Source: Myxococcales bacterium (GTDB lineage Bacteria; Myxococcota; Myxococcia; Myxococcales; Anaeromyxobacteraceae). From it: DNA of 30,912 bases. The position numbers were made by a program, and so were the translations under genes. Below the pieces are notes generated by a model that saw only the letters and a list, made by a program, of their open reading frames with translations, was not told where the DNA came from and did not search any database. The DNA is taken from the NCBI GenBank assembly GCA_038320275.1, contig JBBQEB010000024.1:1-30912 (forward strand). Reading direction: 5' to 3'. Every line of letters starts with the position of its first letter. The first letter of the stretch is position 1. This document shows, piece by piece, positions 24,092-30,912 of this stretch.

Positions 24092-24588
24092 CAGCTCGCC
24101 ACTGCCAAGGACCCGTCCACCGGGAGGTCGATGCTGGTGAAGTGGTTGGCCGTGACTCGAGGTGGCAACTGCCCCGTCTCCCAGATGCGCTCCACCTCTT
24201 TCAGGCGAGCAGGTCGCGCCGCCAACAGGCAGAGCGCTGCCACGAGATGTGCGCTCGGGATCTCCTTGCCGTGCTTCAACTTCGAGATGTAGCCGCCAGA
24301 GAGCCCGAGCTGGCGCTCGAGATCTCGCTGATGGACGGTCGCAGCCAGCGCATCGATCGCCTTGCGCGCTACGCGACTCATGAGCTTCGCAGCCTCGAGC
24401 TCGAGCGCTCCATCCAAGGCGAGGGCCGTCTTGCTGTCGAACCACTCGCTGCCGCAGTTCGAGCAGGTTGGGATCGCCACGTCCGCCGCAATCGGGAGCG
24501 CCCCAAACTGCCTCCACGCGGTATGACGGTCCGGCACAGCTCGCAGCATCACCGCATGTTCGCCGCACTCGGCACATCGCTTTGTCAT
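24091..24588 (-). CDS. MqsA-like antitoxin (Zn ribbon + Xre HTH) with C-terminal tail
   Basis: CAECG...CSNCGSEWFD zinc ribbon and HTH HQRDLERQLGLSGGYISKLKHGKEIPS. GGAG RBS and ATGA overlap with the upstream remnant. Confidence 0.82.
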   Translation of the reverse strand: MTKRCAECGEHAVMLRAVPDRHTAWRQFGALPIAADVAIPTCSNCGSEWFDSKTALALDGALELEAAKLMSRVARKAIDALAATVHQRDLERQLGLSGGYISKLKHGKEIPSAHLVAALCLLAARPARLKEVERIWETGQLPPRVTANHFTSIDLPVDGSLAVAS

Positions 24589-24740
24589 GACCATCTCCGG
24601 GGGAACACCACTCGAAGAGTTCCGCCAACGCGCTTCAGCGGGTGCTCGGGACCGTGCAGCGACGCCATCAGGACCTGCGTGCCATTCTCGTCCTGCTCCA
24701 TCGTGAACTTCACGAACCACGTACAGAGGGCTTTGAGTGG
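24585..24740 (-). pseudogene. 5'-truncated MqsR/RelE-like toxin remnant
   Basis: A frame not in the ORF track reads ...WFVKFTMEQDENGTQVLMASLHGPEHPLKRVGGTLRVVFPRRWS*, ending in ATGA with the antitoxin. An in-frame TAG lies a few codons upstream of WFVKF, with no start codon between them. Confidence 0.6.
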
Positions 24741-24755
24741 CCCTGCCGCCTACCC

Positions 24756-26075
24756 TCAATCCCGTCGCGCCGCCCCGATCCTCGCCGCCAGCGCCACGAT
24801 GGCCCTTCGCGCGCCCTCGGCGTAGGCGCGGACGGAGCCGTCCAGCTCCCCGTTCGCCTCCACCTCGCGCCAATACTCGCCAGCCCAGCGCGCCGCATCG
24901 GGCCAGACGTCGATGCTCTCGCCGCGTGGAGGCGCGGGCTCGAACGCGCGTGGCGGGAGGGTCTCGCCGGACGGAGCCAGCGCCATCGGCAGCATGTCGT
25001 AGGCCGGGGCCAGGCGAAGCGAGCCCGTTTCGGAGGCGAAGAAGGCGACGTTCCCGAAGTGGCGATCGTCGTTGCCGATGAGCTGTCCGAAGGCGTCGAG
25101 CCATACCAGGCGGGAGGCGTCCGCCGGCAGGAGGGCGAAGGGGCGTGCGCGCAGGCGCGGGGCTGCAGCGGTCCAGCTATCGCGCTTGCCGAAGTGCTCG
25201 TCGTCGACCGCTCCCAAGGTGAGGACGGCTCGCCTCCCTCGGGCTCCCACCCGATCGAAGCGCTCCACCTCCAGGAACCGCCAGCCCTGGACGTCGAGGC
25301 AGCGGGCCCGCGCCGCGGAAGCGCCAGCCCGCGCCAGGAGCTGCGATGCCTTCCATTCGCACCAGAGGAGCTCGCGCCAGCGCCGCGCGGGGGGGGCGTC
25401 GCCGGGTGGCGCGAACTTCACGAGGAGGTGCCGCCCGCGCGCGAACGCGCCGAACTTGGGCCGCTCTCCCCCCGCGGAGGAGCCGCCGGGATGGCTGGCG
25501 GAGGCCTGCGCGACCGCGGGGTAGTCCCGCGGCGTGGAGGCGGTGGGGGACGATGCCAGGAAGCGCTGCAAGGACTCGTCCCCGATGACGAGATCCCCGA
25601 CGCAGTCCTCTCCCCGCCGCGCCAGAGCCACCAGGCGATGGTCGTCGGACCAGTCGACGACGCGAGGGGGGAGCTCGAGCTCGGGATACCGGGCCGGGAA
25701 GCCGCGGCCGAGGTAGCCCTGGGGCGCCATGTCGGAGAGGGCCGGCGGGAGGCCGGTGAAGAGCTCCCTGCTCCGTGGCCGCTCCAGCCAGTGCCCTCCC
25801 TCCCAGAGAAGGTGCAGCGTCGCGAAGGGCGCCGCCACGCCGGCCTCGTCCACGCGGAAGACCGGCAGCCGGCGGCCCAGGCCAGCGATGAAGCGCGTTC
25901 GGGCGTAACGCGAGGCGCGCGCGCGGCCCATGCGACAGACGTGCTCCCCGCAGGCGGAGATCAGGCGCGACAGGGTCGCCGCCGAGATCCCCAGCGCGCG
26001 CCTCAGCTCGGGGGGCCGCGCCACGCGGACGCGGGACAGCTCGTCGAGGAGGTCCTGGGGGGCGATGGAGGTCAC
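24756..26075 (-). CDS. yjjJ: HipA-family Ser/Thr kinase toxin YjjJ with N-terminal HTH
   Basis: LGISAATLSR HTH, G.ARASRYA, DMAPQGYLGR, GSSAGGERPKF, LEVERFDR, FGQLIGNDDRHFGN, LAPAYDMLPM. Confidence 0.92.
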   Translation of the reverse strand: MTSIAPQDLLDELSRVRVARPPELRRALGISAATLSRLISACGEHVCRMGRARASRYARTRFIAGLGRRLPVFRVDEAGVAAPFATLHLLWEGGHWLERPRSRELFTGLPPALSDMAPQGYLGRGFPARYPELELPPRVVDWSDDHRLVALARRGEDCVGDLVIGDESLQRFLASSPTASTPRDYPAVAQASASHPGGSSAGGERPKFGAFARGRHLLVKFAPPGDAPPARRWRELLWCEWKASQLLARAGASAARARCLDVQGWRFLEVERFDRVGARGRRAVLTLGAVDDEHFGKRDSWTAAAPRLRARPFALLPADASRLVWLDAFGQLIGNDDRHFGNVAFFASETGSLRLAPAYDMLPMALAPSGETLPPRAFEPAPPRGESIDVWPDAARWAGEYWREVEANGELDGSVRAYAEGARRAIVALAARIGAARRD

Positions 26076-26085
26076 GGGGCGCCGA

Positions 26086-26119
26086 CTGAAACGATTCCTG
26101 AAACGATCGCGGATCGCAA
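26086..26119 (-). promoter_or_regulatory. yjjJ promoter/operator with direct repeats
   Basis: ctgaaacgat repeated at 26086-26095 and 26098-26107. Minus strand reads TTGCGA-N17-AATCGT. Confidence 0.45.
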
Positions 26120-26481
26120 GAGGCTCCGCCAAATCGCCTCTGGACGCCCTCCCGCGGCTGCGCGGCGGAGCAAGCGTGCAACGATTTCCGGACGCGATCC
26201 GCCACCACGACCTGGAGGTGCGCAGTGGCGCGGCCGAGGTCCGAAATCGTCGGCCGTTCGCGACCGGGGGCGTGGGCGAGCCTCTTCCCCGCTCGAGCCT
26301 TTGCCCGGCGCTGGCTGTCACATGGCGCGCTGAGCCCCGACGTTCGCGGGAGGGCGGGCGATGCGGCCCGGCAGTTCGCTCTGCGCGCGGCGACCCAGCC
26401 CCGGCGTGAGCGTTTCCCTCCGGCAGCGCCGGCCTCACCGTGACACGCGCATGACGTGACCTTGCGATGGATAGGTGCGAG

Positions 26482-27276
26482 ATGAGCCCCCCCGATTCCA
26501 CCGCGGACGCCGAGTCCGCCTCCGCCGGCCGACCGGCAACCAGCCAGGGGCATGCCTCGGCGCTGGGCGAGAAGCTCGCGCCCGCGGCCGCCGTCCTGGC
26601 GACCTCCTTCGCGCCGGCCACCGACGCGCCTGCGCCCGCGCTGCGCAAGAAGCCGCGCCTCCGCGGCGTCTCCCACCAGATCGCGTTCTTCTTCGCGGCC
26701 GCCGGCTGGTACTTCATCGTCCACCAGGCCGCCACCGCGCGCGCCGCCTGGGCGGTGGGCATCTACGGCGCCTCGCTGACGACCCAGCTCGGGGTGAGCG
26801 CGCTCTACCACCGGCCGCAGTGGTCACGCCGCAACTACGCCATCATGCGCCGGTTCGACCACTCGGCCATCTTCGTCCTCATCGCGGGCACCTACACGCC
26901 GCTCTGCTACGCGCTGGGGGGCCGGCGGGGCATGACCCTCCTCACCATCGTCTGGGTGGGCGCGGCGCTCGGGATGCTGCGGGCCATCCTCTGGCCGTTC
27001 GCCCCGCGCTGGCTCTCCGCCAGCCTCTACGTCGGCCTGGGCTGGCTCGTCTTCCCGCTCCTGCCGCAGCTCTACACGGTGGTGGGGCTGAACGCGCTGC
27101 TCCTCCTCATGGCAGGTGGGCTCGCCTACAGCGTGGGCGCCATCATCTACGCCGTGCAACGCCCCAACCCCATCCCGCACGTGTTCGGGTTCCACGAGGT
27201 CTTCCACGTCCTCGTGATCGTCGCCGCCGCCTTCCACTACGCGGTGGTGATGAGCGTGCTCCCGCTCATCCGCTGA
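26482..27276 (+). CDS. Hemolysin III / PAQR family membrane protein (TrhA-like)
   Basis: [59 protein letters not shown]. Start is 26482 or 26467. Confidence 0.92.
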   Translation: MSPPDSTADAESASAGRPATSQGHASALGEKLAPAAAVLATSFAPATDAPAPALRKKPRLRGVSHQIAFFFAAAGWYFIVHQAATARAAWAVGIYGASLTTQLGVSALYHRPQWSRRNYAIMRRFDHSAIFVLIAGTYTPLCYALGGRRGMTLLTIVWVGAALGMLRAILWPFAPRWLSASLYVGLGWLVFPLLPQLYTVVGLNALLLLMAGGLAYSVGAIIYAVQRPNPIPHVFGFHEVFHVLVIVAAAFHYAVVMSVLPLIR

Positions 27277-27482
27277 TGGGCAGGTCCCCGCGTGCGGACT
27301 CACCGTGCGTCATGTGGTGGCCGTATCGGCGTGTGGTGCTCCAGGCGTCAGCCTCGAGAGCCCACCGTGCTGGCAGTCGGGGCGGCAGCTCTCCGGGCCG
27401 GGCCCTCGAGGGCGCGAAGGAAGGCGTTGCGAGAGCTCCGGGAGGCGCCTACTCTCGTCCGACCTTTCCCGGGGAGCACGCC

Positions 27483-28637
27483 ATGAGCACGAAGCCCACC
27501 GCACGGCCGTCGAACCCGCAGTTCTCCTCCGGCCCCTGCGCCAAGCGGCCTGGCTGGACGGTGCAGGCCCTGGCGGACGCGCTCGTCGGCCGGTCGCACC
27601 GGAGCAAGCCAGGCAAGGCGAAGCTGGCGGAGGTGATCGACCGCTCGCGGGCCATCCTGGGGGTCCCCAAGGACTACCGGATCGGGATCGTTCCCGCCTC
27701 GGACACCGGCGCGGTCGAGATGGCCATGTGGTCCCTCCTGGGCGCGCGCGGCGTCGATCTCTGCGCCTGGGAGAGCTTCGGCGAGGGCTGGATCACCGAC
27801 GCGGTGAAGCAGCTCAGGTTGAAGGACGTCCGCCTGTTCCGCGCGGCCTACGGCGAGCTCCCCGACCTCACGCAGGTGGACTGCGACCGGGACGTCGTCT
27901 TCACCTGGAACGGCACCACCTCCGGCGTGCGGGTGCAGGACGGCGCCTGGATCAAGGACGATCGCCAGGGCCTCACCATCTGCGACGCGACCTCGGCCGC
28001 CTTCGCCATGCAGCTTCCCTGGGAGAAGCTCGACGTCGTCACCTGGTCCTGGCAGAAGGTCCTCGGCGGCGAGGCTGCGCACGGGATGATCGTGCTGTCG
28101 CCGCGCGCGGTCGAGCGGCTCGAGAGCTACAAGCCGGCCTGGCCCCTCCCCAAGATCTTCCGCATGACGTCGGGCGGGAAGCTCATCGACGGCATCTTCG
28201 TCGGAGACACCATCAACACGCCCTCCATGGTGGCGGTGGAGGACCAGCTCGACGCGCTCCGCTGGGCCGAGTCGGTGGGCGGCCTCACGGGCCTCGTCCG
28301 CCGCTCGGAGGGGAACCTGGCCGCGCTGGCGCGCTGGGTGGAGAAGTCCGACTGGGCGGCCTTCCTGGCGAAGCGCCCCGAGAACCGCTCCTGCACCTCC
28401 GTGTGCCTGGTGGTGAAGGCGCCGTCGTTCACCGCCCTGCCCGCCGACGGACAGGCCGCGCTCGCGAAGAAGCTCTCCTCGGCGCTGGAGAAGGAGGGGG
28501 TCGCGCTCGACGCCGCCTCCTACCGCGATGCGCCCCCAGGGCTCCGCATCTGGTGCGGGGCCACCATCGAGACGTCCGACGTGGAGGCGCTCCTGCCCTG
28601 GCTCGACTGGGCGTGGGGCGAGGTGGGGGCGAAGTAG
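27483..28637 (+). CDS. serC: Phosphoserine aminotransferase (Methanosarcina/alphaproteobacterial type)
   Basis: [63 protein letters not shown] (PLP lysine), [15 protein letters not shown]. Confidence 0.96.
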   Translation: MSTKPTARPSNPQFSSGPCAKRPGWTVQALADALVGRSHRSKPGKAKLAEVIDRSRAILGVPKDYRIGIVPASDTGAVEMAMWSLLGARGVDLCAWESFGEGWITDAVKQLRLKDVRLFRAAYGELPDLTQVDCDRDVVFTWNGTTSGVRVQDGAWIKDDRQGLTICDATSAAFAMQLPWEKLDVVTWSWQKVLGGEAAHGMIVLSPRAVERLESYKPAWPLPKIFRMTSGGKLIDGIFVGDTINTPSMVAVEDQLDALRWAESVGGLTGLVRRSEGNLAALARWVEKSDWAAFLAKRPENRSCTSVCLVVKAPSFTALPADGQAALAKKLSSALEKEGVALDAASYRDAPPGLRIWCGATIETSDVEALLPWLDWAWGEVGAK

Positions 28638-28664
28638 GGCGGCGCCCGGCGCGGTGCGCGACGA

Positions 28665-28775
28665 TCAAGGGATGATCTCGAGCCCCAGCGCCCGCGCGTT
28701 GCGGCGCACGCGTTCGTCGCAACTGGCGACGCGCACGGGGCCGAGGTCTTCGTTCAGGAATTGGAGGGTCGCGAG
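28665..28775 (-). pseudogene. C-terminal remnant of a VapC/PIN toxin
   Basis: Frame reads LATLQFLNEDLGPVRVASCDERVRRNARALGLEIIP*, which matches PIN C-termini (HLAT...S.D.R....A.ALG). The N-terminal part is missing. Confidence 0.7.
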
Positions 28776-29032
28776 ACCTTTGGCTGGTCTCCGGGCCGAC
28801 GGGCTGATTCATCCGCCGAGTCTCGGCGGATATCATCCATCCACTGCCGTGCCGTTCCGGGGGGCAGGTCGAGCTCCGGCCACTCCAGCAGCGCCGACTT
28901 GTCGACCTGAGCGCGCCGGAGCTCCGCGACCACCTCGCCACTCTCCGTTACGAGCACCACTCCGCCACGCTTCACGTAGCACAAGTACTCGGTCAGCCGG
29001 GCCTTGAGCCCCCGAACGCCAACAGTCTTCAT
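28754..29032 (-). CDS. Phd/YefM-family antitoxin (3' end probably altered by the deletion that removed vapC)
   Basis: MKTVGVRGLKARLTEYL..VKRG..VLVTESGEVVAEL. Confidence 0.82.
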   Translation of the reverse strand: MKTVGVRGLKARLTEYLCYVKRGGVVLVTESGEVVAELRRAQVDKSALLEWPELDLPPGTARQWMDDIRRDSADESARRPGDQPKVSRPSNS

Positions 29033-29038
29033 CCTGAC

Positions 29039-29067
29039 GAGGTAGCCTCGTTGCTGGAGTCAGTCAA
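29039..29067 (-). promoter_or_regulatory. sigma70-like promoter of the phd/vapC module
   Basis: TTGACT-N17-TACCTC on the minus strand, 6 nt before ATG 29032. Confidence 0.45.
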
Positions 29068-29079
29068 CGCGTAACCCAC

Positions 29080-30474
29080 TCACGCCGCGTTCGCCTTCAC
29101 CTCGGCCACCAGCTTCTCCAGCGACGACTTGGCGTCGCCGAAGAGCATGGAGGTCTTGGGGTCGTAGAACAGCTCGTTCTCGATGCCGGCGAAGCCGGGG
29201 TTCATCGAGCGCTTCATCACGATGATGCTCTTCGCCTGATCGACGTTCAGGATGGGCATCCCGTAGATGGGGCTCGACTTGTCGTTGCGGGCGGCGGGGT
29301 TCACCACGTCGTTCGCGCCGATGACGAGCGCCACGTCGGCCTGGGGAAACTCGCCATTGATCTCGTCCATCTCCTTGAGCTTCTCGTAGGGAATGTTGGC
29401 CTCGGCGAGGAGCACGTTCATGTGGCCCGGCATGCGGCCGGCGACGGGGTGGATGGCGTACTTCACCTCGCCGCCGTTCTTCTCGATGAGGTCGGCGAGC
29501 TCGCGGACGGCGTGCTGCGCCTGCGCTACTGCCATGCCGTAGCCGGGGACGACGATGACGCTGTGGGCGTAGCCGAGCTGGAGGGCGGCGTCCTCGGGGG
29601 TGACCGAATTCACGGTGAGGCCGGTGGCGGTCTTGGCGCTCTTCTCCACGGGCTTCCCGAAGGCGCCGAAGAGGATGTTCCCGAAGGAGCGGTTCATCGC
29701 CTTCGACATCACCATGGACAGGATGAACCCGGACGCACCGTCGAGCGCGCCCGCGATGATGAGCACCTCGTTGCCGATGGCGAACCCGGTCGCCGAGGAG
29801 GCGAGGCCGGCATACGAGTTGAGGAGCGAGATGACGACCGGCATGTCGGCGCCGCCGATGGGCAGCACCAAGGAGACGCCCACGAAGAGCGCCAGCACGC
29901 ACATGAGGTAGAAGGCCCAGGGGGTGAAGGGCTGGTACACGAGCCAGACGAAGAGCCCCAGCGTCGCGGCGAAGAGGATGCCGTTGACGGCGTTCTGGCC
30001 CTTGAAGGTGATCGGCACGCCGGGCAGGAGCTCCTGCAGCTTGCCGAAGGCCATGAAGGAGCCGGTGATGGTGAGCGCGCCGAACATCACCTCGAAGCCG
30101 AGCGCGGCCATGGTGGGGTGGCCCACGCCCGCGCCGTTGCCGAGCGTGTAGTACTCGGCGATGCCGACCAGCGTCGCCGCCAGCGCGCCGAACATGTGAG
30201 AGATGGCGATCCGCTGCGGCATCGCCGTCATCGGCACGAACTGCCCCAGCGGATAGCCGATCGCGGTTCCGAGGGCGAGGCCAGCGACGATCCACTTGTA
30301 GTCGACGATCTCGTGCTTGGTGAGCGTCCCGACGATGGCGAGCATCATGCCCATCGCGGCTTGCTGCATGCCCTTGCGCGCGCTGTCGGGCTTGGTGAGG
30401 CTGCGCAGGCCGAGGATGAAGAGGACGGACGCGGTGAGGTAGCTCACCTGGGTGAAGAATTCGCCGCCGGTCAT
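29080..30474 (-). CDS. pntB: NAD(P) transhydrogenase subunit beta
   Basis: VPMTAMPQ, GSFMAFGKLQ, IGGADMPVVISLLNSYAG, KAMNRSF, VPGYGMAVAQAQH, HPVAGRMPGHMNVLLAEA, GANDVVNPAA. Confidence 0.98.
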   Translation of the reverse strand: MTGGEFFTQVSYLTASVLFILGLRSLTKPDSARKGMQQAAMGMMLAIVGTLTKHEIVDYKWIVAGLALGTAIGYPLGQFVPMTAMPQRIAISHMFGALAATLVGIAEYYTLGNGAGVGHPTMAALGFEVMFGALTITGSFMAFGKLQELLPGVPITFKGQNAVNGILFAATLGLFVWLVYQPFTPWAFYLMCVLALFVGVSLVLPIGGADMPVVISLLNSYAGLASSATGFAIGNEVLIIAGALDGASGFILSMVMSKAMNRSFGNILFGAFGKPVEKSAKTATGLTVNSVTPEDAALQLGYAHSVIVVPGYGMAVAQAQHAVRELADLIEKNGGEVKYAIHPVAGRMPGHMNVLLAEANIPYEKLKEMDEINGEFPQADVALVIGANDVVNPAARNDKSSPIYGMPILNVDQAKSIIVMKRSMNPGFAGIENELFYDPKTSMLFGDAKSSLEKLVAEVKANAA

Positions 30475-30812
30475 GGGACCTTCCCGGGCGCGGCGGGAGC
30501 GGCGGGCGCGGCCACCGGCTTCGCCTTCGGGGCGGGACGGAACATGCGCAGCATGCGGTCGGTGATGAGGAAGCCGCCCACCACGTTGATGGTGGCGGCC
30601 GTCACCGCGATGAATCCGAGCCAGGTGGCGACCCGGTTCTGATCGGAGCCAGCGGCGACCAGCGACCCCACCAGCGAGATGGCGCTGATGGCGTTCGTCG
30701 CGCTCATGAGCGGCGTGTGAAGGAGCGCGGGCACCTTGGTGATGACCTGGAAGCCGACGAATCCGGCCAGGACGAAGACGTACAGCTCGATGATGGAGAA
30801 GCCGTGGACCAT
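30471..30812 (-). CDS. pntA: NAD(P) transhydrogenase subunit alpha, part 2 (membrane domain)
   Basis: FVLAGFVGFQVITKVPALLHTPLMSATNAIS and INVVGGFLITDRMLRMF. Overlaps the pntB start (ATGA). Confidence 0.95.
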   Translation of the reverse strand: MVHGFSIIELYVFVLAGFVGFQVITKVPALLHTPLMSATNAISAISLVGSLVAAGSDQNRVATWLGFIAVTAATINVVGGFLITDRMLRMFRPAPKAKPVAAPAAPAAPGKVP

Positions 30813-30912
30813 GCGTGTGTCCCCTCTCTGCGACCCTCGACCTGCGGCCTACGACCGCGAATTCGAACCCGACCGGCGAAGCTCGACCCTCGCGCCGCGA
30901 CCGGCGAACCTC

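Noticed and set aside
26120..26466. Small gene or ncRNA between yjjJ and the hemolysin III gene (also 21980-22250)
   Set aside because: No frame with convincing codon bias or motifs, and no recognisable RNA family. Left unannotated.
26482..27276. Hemolysin as a virulence factor
   Set aside because: HlyIII/PAQR proteins are widespread membrane-homeostasis proteins, and nothing here supports a toxin role.

Overview
Very GC-rich bacterial window, Anaeromyxobacter/Myxococcota-like by codon usage and CGACC/REP-type repeats (inference). It has three parts. (1) 225-15205 (+): a complete OmcS-type cytochrome-nanowire locus. Gene order is NHL protein, hexaheme OmcS homolog with its own terminator, YVTN beta-propeller lipoprotein, outer-membrane beta-barrel, two CsgG/TolB-N-like proteins, PpiC/SurA-type chaperone, 26-heme and 16-heme cytochromes, NHL protein. 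This follows the Geobacter omcS-companion (osc) cluster as I recall it, and three sigma54-type promoters lie inside the locus. (2) 15479-26075: an accessory region with two more multiheme cytochromes, a TMTC-like GT-C glycosyltransferase, a LolA-like protein and dense toxin-antitoxin loci (HigBA, orphan Phd, Xre-RES, truncated MqsR-like/MqsA-like/frameshifted third gene, YjjJ). (3) 26482-30812: housekeeping genes (hemolysin III family, serC, pntB, split pntA part 2) interrupted by a Phd gene plus a VapC remnant. I found no rRNA, tRNA, CRISPR array or transposase. All family calls come from motifs and recalled sequences, not database searches.
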